A stretch of 32,000 nucleotides of DNA, taken from NCBI GenBank assembly GCA_021650915.1, contig CP091279.1, forward strand, positions 570,001-602,000, written 5' to 3'. Origin of the DNA: Candidatus Brocadia sp. GTDB taxonomy: Bacteria > Planctomycetota > Brocadiia > Brocadiales > Brocadiaceae. Positions within the stretch are counted from its first letter, which is position 1. Each line of letters begins with the position of its first letter. Shown here in pieces: positions 7,889-15,966 of the stretch. The translations under genes were made by a program, and so were the position numbers. The notes under the pieces are model-generated. The model was not told the DNA's origin, searched no databases, and saw only the letters and a list, made by a program, of their open reading frames with translations.

Positions 7889-8566
7889 ATGAGTTTAGTA
7901 TTAGGGCCGATCCATCATTGGATGTATGGCAAAATTAAAACTACCGAGGGGAGAGAATCTGCCATTGTTTCCGCTTTTAAAACAAAGTACGGCGCAGACG
8001 CAGAAAAAATTCTTGAACAGGTATATAAAAAATACCCGAAATCAAGTGGAAATAAACCCCTTGAAGAATTATTAGCCAACAAACCCATTCACCAGGGTAT
8101 TCAAAGTCTCATTATCGAGGTAGAAACACGAGAAGCGGCAACGATTGCCGCCTTTTGCGCAAAATTTGATGATGCTGCAAAGATAGCGGCTGAAGTAGCC
8201 CGTAATCATGGTAAGAGTTGTGGAAAAGAAGCCGTTAAGAACAAAGGGTTAACGCCGGCAGATTGCAATAATACAGCAAAGGCCTTTGAGGTGATGGGAG
8301 AATATCTTTGTGACGGAATGCCTTGCGACCGGGGTGCACAGGTTGTATCGGAATCTGAAAAAAGCACATCATGGGACCATGAAAGCTGTGTGCACGAACC
8401 CTATTGGCAGGACGCAGGGGCAGATTTTTTAACGATGTGCAACATCGTTAACGAATGGATTGCCGGGTTTGGCGAGGGAATAAACTCCCAGATCGCATAT
8501 CAGCGTGAAAAGGCCATTGCTTGCGGAGACCCTTCTTGTCTGAGTAGCTTTAAAATAAAAAGTTAG
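7889..8566 (+). CDS. Hypothetical Cys-rich protein. The C-terminal half may resemble the ATC-hydrolase-like fold family, but this is tentative.
   Basis: 225 aa with GAGGAG 9 nt upstream of the ATG. The C-terminal half carries LCDGMPCD, CVHEPYW, MCNIV and ACGDPSC. Only the terminal xxCGDxxC-type ending reminds me of L-2-amino-thiazoline-4-carboxylate hydrolase-like proteins. Its stop lies 1 nt before the start of the next gene. Confidence 0.55.
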   Translation: MSLVLGPIHHWMYGKIKTTEGRESAIVSAFKTKYGADAEKILEQVYKKYPKSSGNKPLEELLANKPIHQGIQSLIIEVETREAATIAAFCAKFDDAAKIAAEVARNHGKSCGKEAVKNKGLTPADCNNTAKAFEVMGEYLCDGMPCDRGAQVVSESEKSTSWDHESCVHEPYWQDAGADFLTMCNIVNEWIAGFGEGINSQIAYQREKAIACGDPSCLSSFKIKS

Positions 8567-8567
8567 T

Positions 8568-9593
8568 ATGTTTGATCGTTATGCACGGCAGGTACTGTTT
8601 TATGGCATAGGGAAAGAAGGCCAAAAAACACTGATGGAGAAGACTGCCGTGCTTGTGGGTTGTGGTGCATTAGGGTGCACATCCGCAAATCTTCTCGTCA
8701 GGAGCGGGATAAAGCGTCTAAGGATTATAGACCGTGATTATATAGAAGAAAGCAATCTTCAGCGTCAATCCTTATTCGACGAAGAAGATATCAAAAAAAA
8801 CCTCCCCAAGGCTATTGTTGCGCAAAAAAAACTTCAAACAATCAACTCCCTCACTCAGACCGAATCTCTTGTTACAGATCTGAATCCATCGAATATAGAA
8901 ACCCTCCTGCACGATGCACATATTGTCGTTGACGGAACCGATAACTTTGAAACACGGTTCCTTATCAATGATTACTGCGTAAAAAATGGGATACCATGGA
9001 TTTATGGTGCCTGTATAGGAAGCATGGGATTAACGATGAATATTATCCCTTCAAAAACCCCGTGTTTTCGCTGCGTACTTGACACCCTTCCGCCATTTGG
9101 CACTTCGGAAACGTGTGACACTGAAGGAATTATTGCGCCCATCGCTAGTCTGATTGCCTCTATCCAGGTAACCGAAGCGCTGAAAATTCTCACGAATAAT
9201 TACGATGCCCTGAGCAAGGGGCTTTTCAAGATCGACCTTTGGCGCAATGAAATAAAACGGATACACACAGAAGATATCAGGGATAAAACCGATTGTATAA
9301 CCTGCAAACAGAACCACTATGAATTCCTGGCAAAAGACAGATACTCAATGACCACTTCCCTGTGCGGCAGAAATGCCATACAGATTCTCCATCCAAATGG
9401 AGCAAACTTAGACCTGGCAAAACTCGCAGCACGATTGGAAAAGACGGGAGAAGTATCCTACAACAGTTTTTTGTTACGGCTGAAGACAGGTAAGTATGAG
9501 ATAACCGTGTTCCCCGATGGACGTTCAATCATTTCAGGCACCCATGATTTTGGCACCGCAAAGGGGCTTTATGCAAAATATATCGGAATGTAA
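8568..9593 (+). CDS. MoeB/ThiF/HesA-family E1-like adenylyltransferase with a C-terminal extension
   Basis: The N-terminal region RYARQVLFYGIGKEGQKTLMEKTAVLVGCGALGC contains the nucleotide-binding loop, and DRDYIEESNLQRQ is present. Two CxxC pairs (CFRC, CITC) would form the zinc site. The roughly 90-aa tail ends in DGRSIISGTHDFGTAKGLYAKYIGM, as seen in the long Bacillus-type MoeB-like proteins. Confidence 0.85.
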   Translation: MFDRYARQVLFYGIGKEGQKTLMEKTAVLVGCGALGCTSANLLVRSGIKRLRIIDRDYIEESNLQRQSLFDEEDIKKNLPKAIVAQKKLQTINSLTQTESLVTDLNPSNIETLLHDAHIVVDGTDNFETRFLINDYCVKNGIPWIYGACIGSMGLTMNIIPSKTPCFRCVLDTLPPFGTSETCDTEGIIAPIASLIASIQVTEALKILTNNYDALSKGLFKIDLWRNEIKRIHTEDIRDKTDCITCKQNHYEFLAKDRYSMTTSLCGRNAIQILHPNGANLDLAKLAARLEKTGEVSYNSFLLRLKTGKYEITVFPDGRSIISGTHDFGTAKGLYAKYIGM

Positions 9594-9640
9594 GAAGGTT
9601 TCCCTGTCGGTTACTTTTTTTAAGGAAGGGTTTCTTCATG

Positions 9641-9683
9641 CTGGTTCAATCTTGCAGATTGAACCAGGAATTTTGATTTTTTT
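9641..9683 (+). terminator. Rho-independent terminator between the convergent E1-like and cbiL genes
   Basis: Perfect 11-bp stem ctggttcaatc (9641-9651) / gattgaaccag (9657-9667) with loop ttgca, followed by gaATTTTGATTTTTTT. Confidence 0.8.
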
Positions 9684-9690
9684 CAAAAAA

Positions 9691-10425
9691 CTAAATTGTT
9701 GCGAAACCTTTCACTAAGGCATCTTTCCGTTTCACGATCAGCACGGACATATAGCCCCGTCCGCTTCCCTTTAATGACACAATATCACACGTGAGGTATG
9801 CATCCTTTTGTCCGATGTAAGAGGCGAACAAGGCATGTTCTGCAAGGTTCATCTCTTCGATCAGTTGAATCACCTCGTCCAGCTTTTTGGCTACCTTCAT
9901 CAGAACCACGGTATCAAAGGTTTCCAGAATGGGACGTAGCGTTGTGATATCCTTTGGCACGGGAATCACCGCCAATCGTTCATCACCCGTCAATAGCGGA
10001 TAATTGGCCATGCATGCGGCCGCATTATACGAGGTGATACCGGGGATGGTATGAATGACGTGTTCCGGCAGCATGGCGTTTAAATGACGTAGCAGATAAA
10101 TATAGGTGCTGAATGTCATGGGATCGCCTAAGGTTAGATAAGCGATGTTGTGTCCATTTCTCACTTCTGTACAAACTTCCTCCGCAGCCGTAAGCCATGC
10201 GGCATTGAGTACGGATTTGTCCTTTGTCATGGGGTAGACCTGCTCAATTACCTTCTTTTCCTTCACGTAATCCTTAACGATTTCCAATGCCAGGCTCTCT
10301 TCTTTGGTATCAGACCTTGGCACAAAGATACGATTTGCCCCTTGAATGGCACGAATTGCCTTAATGGTGAGAAGCTCCGGATCGCCAGGACCTAAGCCAA
10401 TTCCATAAAAGTTACCGGGTTTCAT
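9691..10425 (-). CDS. cbiL: Cobalt-factor II / precorrin-2 C20-methyltransferase
   Basis: The N-terminus FYGIGLGPGDPELLTIKAIRAI is typical of tetrapyrrole methylases. Length and context match CbiL. It overlaps cbiE by 14 nt. Confidence 0.8.
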   Translation of the reverse strand: MKPGNFYGIGLGPGDPELLTIKAIRAIQGANRIFVPRSDTKEESLALEIVKDYVKEKKVIEQVYPMTKDKSVLNAAWLTAAEEVCTEVRNGHNIAYLTLGDPMTFSTYIYLLRHLNAMLPEHVIHTIPGITSYNAAACMANYPLLTGDERLAVIPVPKDITTLRPILETFDTVVLMKVAKKLDEVIQLIEEMNLAEHALFASYIGQKDAYLTCDIVSLKGSGRGYMSVLIVKRKDALVKGFATI

Positions 10426-11071
10426 GGTTCATATTCTTTATAATGACTACCGTAGCTCCACGGGTTGGTGCCTGTGTTGCTGAGGCCAAATCTGTCTCGC
10501 TAACGAATTCATCGGGAAGGGAAAGATTTTTACAGATAAACATCTGTCTCTTTTGTATGCCATTTTTTAGTAAGTGACGTGCGATAACGGCGGGTGTATT
10601 CTTATGGTCTGTCAGGATACCGACTTTGTTATATTCCCGAACCTTTTTAATGAGCTGCTCATAGTTGTCATTTCTTCCGTGTAAACTGATAAAACAGGCG
10701 TCATCCCAGCTCTCCCCGGCGGCTGCAAAGGCAAGCTGTATACTGCTAATGCCTGGAATGATTGTGCAACGTTCGCGTCCCATCTTCTTCACAAGCATCC
10801 GCGTATAACTGAAGAAACACGGGTCGCCGCTCACGAGCACCACAACCTGTTTCGAGCAGCTCCACTCGGCAATCTTTTGTGCCAAAACGCTGTAATTCTT
10901 CTCCAGGACAACCTTGTCAGCGTCAACACCAGGAAAAAGCTTCAATAAACGCCGGCTTCCCACGAGGATATCGGCCTTTTTGATATTATACAAGGCCTTG
11001 GGAGACATATACGCCTTTAATCCCGGTCCACAGCCTACGATAATGACCTTGTTTTTGTGTGATTCAGCCAT
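10412..11071 (-). CDS. cbiE: Cobalt-precorrin-7 (precorrin-6Y) C5-methyltransferase, CbiE type
   Basis: VIIVGCGPGLKAYMSPKALYNIKKADILVGSRRLL together with the roughly 200-aa tetrapyrrole methylase fold pattern. No cbiT follows. Confidence 0.75.
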   Translation of the reverse strand: MAESHKNKVIIVGCGPGLKAYMSPKALYNIKKADILVGSRRLLKLFPGVDADKVVLEKNYSVLAQKIAEWSCSKQVVVLVSGDPCFFSYTRMLVKKMGRERCTIIPGISSIQLAFAAAGESWDDACFISLHGRNDNYEQLIKKVREYNKVGILTDHKNTPAVIARHLLKNGIQKRQMFICKNLSLPDEFVSETDLASATQAPTRGATVVIIKNMNHETR

Positions 11072-12291
11072 ACCTGAGCGCTATCCGAAATGCCTGCAAT
11101 CAAACCCTTCATATCAAATAAAATTACCCCAACCTCCGGACGGATGTATTGCTGCCCGTCCTGATAAAATGCATATATCTTGGCCTCAATCATCCCTGCA
11201 ATTTTATCCATTATAGACAAATTCCCGTATTCTTGCAACAATTCTACCATTCCCTCCACTGTTGTCGCCTCTTTGAAACCTTTCAGCATGGTGCCCGACA
11301 GGGGGGGGCTTTTGACCTTTGTATTACGAGATAAAGCGCTTTTGCTTTCATCACGCTTCTTTATAGAGTCCGGTGAGCTCGTGTCGAAGGGGGAGTTTTT
11401 AGCTACTGACTCCTGACATCTGACCTCTGATCCCTGATCCCTATTTTGCATATGTTGTTTGATAATATCGAACATGATATCGTTTGCGGGCTTGGAGACT
11501 GCGCTATGGGTGTGAAAATCTCCGCGCAACAATTTTGCCAATTTACCCGGATGTCCGGCAAGGATGATCTTTTTAAAATGTCTTTTTCTTGCTTCATCCA
11601 GCATAAAACCTACAAAATTGCTGATCTGAATAATCTGGTCTTTGGGAATGTCAACCAGATTCAATATGGAGCGTTCACCCAAACTGCCTGGCACAAGGAC
11701 TACGGTTTCATATCCAATTCCCCCGGCGATATCGAGTCCGCATAAAAGCGAGGTCTTGAAGGCGTCTTCTGACATGGGTCGCACAATCCCTGTGGTGCCA
11801 ATAATAGATATGCCTCCCACAATGCCAAGTTTGGGATTAAACGTCTTTTCCGCTAAGGCACTCCCATTAGGTACAGAGATAATAACTTTTGCGCCCGTGT
11901 CTTTGCCAATAACTTCTCTTACCGCATGCTCAATCATGCTTCTTGGAACAGGGTTAATTGCCGCATGACCCACGGGCACTTGTAGTCCTGGTTTTGTTAC
12001 CCGGCCAACGCCTTCGCCGCCATCAATCTCAATGGTCTCACCGATAATTCGTTCAATCCGTGCATGCACTTTACATCCATGGGTAACATCAGGATCGTCA
12101 CCGGCGTCCTTTTGTACGGCGCAATCTGCAAAGCCTTCAGATAATTGCTTATCAGTAATTGTAAGTCTGAGCGTAATGCCCGCAGGGGTATCAATTTCTA
12201 TCTCGTCGGGAATGTTTCCGTGAAATAGTCCGATTGCTGCTGCCTTGGCCGCAGCAGTTGCACAACTTCCCGTAGTATAGCCAAATCTCAT
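11035..12291 (-). CDS. cbiD: Cobalt-precorrin-5B C1-methyltransferase with an internal low-complexity insertion
   Basis: The N-terminus MRFGYTTGSCATAAAKAAA and the blocks GIVGGISIIGTTGIV and ILAGHPGKLAKL are CbiD hallmarks. At 418 aa it is longer than usual because of a Ser/Lys/Asp-rich stretch of about 50 aa (QNRDQGSEVRCQES...KSPPLSGT). Confidence 0.9.
   Translation of the reverse strand: MRFGYTTGSCATAAAKAAAIGLFHGNIPDEIEIDTPAGITLRLTITDKQLSEGFADCAVQKDAGDDPDVTHGCKVHARIERIIGETIEIDGGEGVGRVTKPGLQVPVGHAAINPVPRSMIEHAVREVIGKDTGAKVIISVPNGSALAEKTFNPKLGIVGGISIIGTTGIVRPMSEDAFKTSLLCGLDIAGGIGYETVVLVPGSLGERSILNLVDIPKDQIIQISNFVGFMLDEARKRHFKKIILAGHPGKLAKLLRGDFHTHSAVSKPANDIMFDIIKQHMQNRDQGSEVRCQESVAKNSPFDTSSPDSIKKRDESKSALSRNTKVKSPPLSGTMLKGFKEATTVEGMVELLQEYGNLSIMDKIAGMIEAKIYAFYQDGQQYIRPEVGVILFDMKGLIAGISDSAQVWLNHTKTRSLS
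11406..11440. repeat. Five tandem imperfect heptanucleotide units (CTGAYNN) inside cbiD
   Basis: The sequence reads directly as ctgactc ctgacat ctgacct ctgatcc ctgatcc. It lies within the cbiD insertion and encodes RDQGSEVRCQES on the minus strand. Confidence 0.85.
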
Positions 12292-12559
12292 ATGCTATCT
12301 TTAAAATCAAGCTCTTCGGTTTAAGTCCCCCTTAACAAAGGGGGCTTCCAGGGGGGTTGTTTTTCCGGGGTCATTTTAAACCCCATTCATACCCTTTTTT
12401 CTGTCCTGATCGTATAAGCCGCTTGCCGCTGAGATGTGCGCAAAGGCACATATTTTTCTTTAACCAGTGCGTTTTGGGTAAGGTAGACTTTGAAAGCTGA
12501 AGGGATAATAAAACCAAATAATTACCAAGATTCCACATATTAATAAAATCCGTATTATA

Positions 12560-14648
12560 TTATAGAAATATATGCAATATTTCAACGCAATTTCCCCTAT
12601 TTCTGTTTGACAACTTATTAAGGGTCTCATAATTGTATTGATTCGTCGTATGCTTTAGCTGGTAGGAAGGAGGCGAATCGCCTCCAACCCCCAATCGTCG
12701 CCAGATACTTTGGACAACGTGACAAAGTATCCTTTTAAACCATACGGCTTTCCCGTAGTTAGCGACCCCATAGTGTTGCTCTGGAGCAGAGAAAAGTAAA
12801 CTATCATGCCTTTGCACGTGCCTTAAGAAATTCTCTTTCAAATGAGAGTAACCCCATCTTAAAGAATCGGTGTACCGGGAAACGTTTGTTGTCAGTTTTC
12901 CATTTTCTCGAAAACTTGAAACTTCTCAGTCTCATGCGTACCCAGCAGTCTGACGAGCGATATACCGTTTGTACATTGCCCAGCCGAAAATAGTTGACAT
13001 GTCCCCTTATGGCAGGATTTAATGTATCAATGACGGCTTGCAGGTTGACGCCTTGTGTGCGTTTGGTGATGTCTCTGACGGCGTCCTTGAGTTTGTCCAG
13101 GGATTTCATGCTTACACCCTTGTTCTTGCCCATGAAATTATATCCGAGAAACCGGAAGCCTCGTTTGAAGTTGGTGAGCCTGGTTTTATCCTCGCTCAGC
13201 TTCATTTCAAGTTTCCCTTCGATGATTTCTTTGACGTACTGAAGGGCGGCAGGGAGTTCTTCTTTTGTTTTAGTCATGACAACGAAGTCATCGGCATAGC
13301 GGACAAATTTATATCCTGCCTTTTCAAGCTCCTTGTCGATGATGTCACCGATAAGGTTTGCAAGCAAGGGAGATATGACGCCTCCTTGCGGAGTGCCTTG
13401 ATTTGTCTCATGCACGATGCCGTTCTCCATGACCCCTGCCTTGAGCATGTTCTCGATACTGTTCAAAACCCATCCGTCAGCGATTTTCTCACGCAAGGAG
13501 TTCATGATAAGCTTGTGAGGTATGGTGTCATAGAACGCCTTTATATCGGCGTCCAAAATGTTCCGATACCCTTGCTGCTTATACTGTTCAATCCGTTTGA
13601 TAGCATCATGACAGCATCTGTTTGGACGAAATCCAAAGCTGTTATCCGAGAATTCTTTCTCGAATATTGGCTCTATGATTTGTCTGAACGCTTGCTGTAC
13701 TACCCTGTCCTTGACAATGGGAATGCCAAGAGGTCTCTTGTCATGCCTGCCTTTGGGAATGTAGACCCTTAAGACGGGCGCAGGGTTGTATATGGCGGTT
13801 TTCAGTTCCTTGTGAACAGCTTGTAGATTATTCTCAAGGTCACTTTCAAACTGCTTAATACTTACCCTGTCGAGACCAGCCTTGCCTTTATTCTTCTTTA
13901 CGTGCCCAAAAGCCGCATAAAGGTTTCTCAGACTGAATACCTTGTCTCTTAAAGAATGATACTTAAGCATCTCCCGATATGTTCCTTTTGATTGATTCCG
14001 GATAATAGACTTGTCAATCGTGTTTCCTGAGTCGAGATTCCTCCTGACAGAGGCAAAACAAGAGAGGCTCTTGCTACTACTTGCCCATGCAAAGAGTCTC
14101 TTTTCTCATGGAACGTATTCAATCTACCACGTTTCATCAACTCCACTACGGTTATGCCCCTTCATTCCTGGTACACACCAGAAACTATTATGAGCACTGC
14201 TGACGACTTCAAAGACAGACCTGTGAGAGCCAGTCGTCTGTCACCATCTCATACAGCTTGGATTTCGGATTTCCCTTATACCTCGCTGTTAGGGAATTTC
14301 TTCCCAAGACGTAAGTCCTCCCCCGGTCATATGGATTACCCCTTTTCCCTTCGTGATGTATGTTCAAACGCATTATCCAGAGATGTTTTCACCAGGTCTT
14401 TTTTTTGACATCTCCAACAAGGACATTGTCAGTGCTTCACTGAGAAAGGGCAGTTGGCACGAACTAACACGCCATACTCATACACCCCAAAAGGTCGTCT
14501 GTACCTCGTACTCCGTCATACCCCTCACGGGAATACGCTATCCTTCTACGCATACGGATTGCTCCTTTGTATACGCATAGGTACAAACTTCTCTACGAGG
14601 ATTTAGGCTCGCAGAGGTGATATTTTCAACCACTTAGGTATCCCATAC
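12560..14648 (-). mobile_element. Group II intron-like element (RT/maturase ORF flanked by ORF-free, hairpin-rich sequence); boundaries not resolved
   Basis: The RT ORF has about 670 nt of non-coding sequence on its 5' side (13971-14648) and about 240 nt on its 3' side (12560-12803), both on its own strand. These sizes fit ribozyme domains I-IV and IV-VI. I could not pin down a GUGYG 5' end or a canonical domain V by eye. Confidence 0.55.
12804..13970 (-). CDS. Group II intron reverse transcriptase/maturase (no endonuclease domain)
   Basis: 388 aa. RT blocks present are KGKAGLDRVSIKQF, RVYIPKGRHDKRPLGIPIVKDRVVQQA, SFGFRPNRCCHDA, ILDADIKAFYDTIPH, GTPQGGVISPLLAN and YADDFVVM. A maturase/X-type region follows (LNPAIRGHVNYFRLGN). 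The protein ends without an HNH/En domain. Confidence 0.92.
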   Translation of the reverse strand: MLKYHSLRDKVFSLRNLYAAFGHVKKNKGKAGLDRVSIKQFESDLENNLQAVHKELKTAIYNPAPVLRVYIPKGRHDKRPLGIPIVKDRVVQQAFRQIIEPIFEKEFSDNSFGFRPNRCCHDAIKRIEQYKQQGYRNILDADIKAFYDTIPHKLIMNSLREKIADGWVLNSIENMLKAGVMENGIVHETNQGTPQGGVISPLLANLIGDIIDKELEKAGYKFVRYADDFVVMTKTKEELPAALQYVKEIIEGKLEMKLSEDKTRLTNFKRGFRFLGYNFMGKNKGVSMKSLDKLKDAVRDITKRTQGVNLQAVIDTLNPAIRGHVNYFRLGNVQTVYRSSDCWVRMRLRSFKFSRKWKTDNKRFPVHRFFKMGLLSFEREFLKARAKA

Positions 14649-14649
14649 T

Positions 14650-15966
14650 TCAAGGCACGCATTTCTCGATTAAATTTCCAATAAATGCATTGGTATGCTT
14701 GATTTTATATCGTTTTATTTCATGGACAAGTATATCCATTCTTTTAATGGCTGTTGGATTTACCCGATAATCTGCCGTTTCATTAGCCGATGTCCCATCA
14801 TAGTACGTGAAGGGGTTAATTTGGGCAATTTGAGGTATCATACTCTTGTGCCGGATGATGAAATCCACGGTATTCTGAAAATCCTGATCGGTCTCACCTG
14901 GATAACCAACGATGATGCTTACGCCAAAGAAAATGCCCGCTGTGTGGAGTTTGATGAAGAAGTTAATGGCTGCTTCTGCGCTAAAGCCCTTGTTCATGTT
15001 TTTCAAGGTGTCGTCTGACCCGGACTCCAATCCAACAAATAGGCTATAGCAGCCACTTTGTCTCATTTTTTCAAAGAGCTTTTCGTTCATATCGTTTCTG
15101 ATAGCTATCTGCGCCTCCCAGTGAATTGACCCAAAACGCTCAATGATGCCGTCGCATAATGCATGTAACTTCTTCAGGTCAGCATTGATTAAGGAATCGT
15201 AGAATACAAAGTACTGCGTCTTATTGTTTATCTTGTGATATTGGATTTCCTCCATAAGGCTACTGGCGGGTCTTGTTCTGAAATTTTTGTAAAGAAGCCT
15301 TTCCGAACAGAAGTTACACCTCCGGATACATCCCCGGGAAAATTGAATAGGTACGGTATTCTTTCTGGGGTAGGCATTCATGTTGATTCCGGTATAGCGG
15401 GGAAAGGGTAGGCCTGTTAAATCATCGAGTTGCCTGAACGCTGCAATCTTTTTACAGGTACTGTTATCGATGAGATATTGATACAAAGGTATTTCGCCTT
15501 CACCCACGATCAGATAGTCAGCTCTCTGGAGGAGTTCCTGAGAAAGATTTCCTTTTTCCCGAAAATATTGACGGGTGATTTCCGGGCCGCCCAGGACAAT
15601 TTTAATTGTATCTTTCTTTGATTTCAAGATCCCTGCAATGCTCAGGGTGGTTTTGAAGTTGCTTTTAAAACAGGAGAATCCTACGGTGCCGTAGGTTAGC
15701 ATTCTTTCTACTGCATCCTGAAATTCTTTAAAATGGCGCTGTTGTATAAGAGAAAGAATATTTTCCTCATAAAATGTGTTACAGCTTACCAGCCATTGCT
15801 TTTGCAACTGCTGGTCTGATAAGGTATAGAAAAGGTGATTAAAGTCTATAAGATCGGCATGGATGTCCTTCTGTGAAAGAAATGCCTGAAGGTATCCCAG
15901 GCCAACAGGTGGCATATGAGGCCAGGTTACCGGCAAAATCGTGAGAAGGATCGTTTCTCTTGGCAT
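14650..15966 (-). CDS. B12-binding-domain radical SAM protein (class B rSAM), substrate unknown
   Basis: 438 aa. The N-terminal segment is cobalamin-binding-like (ILLTILPVTWPHMPPVGLGYLQAFL ... IVLGGPEIT). The radical SAM motif is CX3CX2C (FSRGCIRRCNFCSE). Confidence 0.85.
   Translation of the reverse strand: MPRETILLTILPVTWPHMPPVGLGYLQAFLSQKDIHADLIDFNHLFYTLSDQQLQKQWLVSCNTFYEENILSLIQQRHFKEFQDAVERMLTYGTVGFSCFKSNFKTTLSIAGILKSKKDTIKIVLGGPEITRQYFREKGNLSQELLQRADYLIVGEGEIPLYQYLIDNSTCKKIAAFRQLDDLTGLPFPRYTGINMNAYPRKNTVPIQFSRGCIRRCNFCSERLLYKNFRTRPASSLMEEIQYHKINNKTQYFVFYDSLINADLKKLHALCDGIIERFGSIHWEAQIAIRNDMNEKLFEKMRQSGCYSLFVGLESGSDDTLKNMNKGFSAEAAINFFIKLHTAGIFFGVSIIVGYPGETDQDFQNTVDFIIRHKSMIPQIAQINPFTYYDGTSANETADYRVNPTAIKRMDILVHEIKRYKIKHTNAFIGNLIEKCVP

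Noticed and set aside
10914-12223. Plus-strand ORFs within the cbiE/cbiD region (10914-11216, 11149-11334, 11180-11416, 11446-11745, 11642-11968, 12032-12223)
   Set aside because: They are antisense to well-supported cbi genes and have no independent signals or recognisable motifs.
12560-12841. 93-aa minus-strand ORF overlapping the RT stop, and plus-strand ORFs 14011-14580
   Set aside because: They lie within the presumed intron RNA regions or antisense to them. They have no RBS and no recognisable domains, and their composition is that of structured RNA sequence.
14633-14647. UAUGG-GAUA-CCUAAG on the minus strand, 2 nt after the radical SAM stop. These are the two halves of the classical 11-nt GAAA tetraloop receptor.
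   Set aside because: The match to the motif used in group II/I intron tertiary contacts is striking. But the halves are separated by only 4 nt, so the flanking helices required for a functional receptor cannot form. It may be coincidence or part of an undefined intron domain I. It is mentioned only as a pointer for covariance-model analysis.
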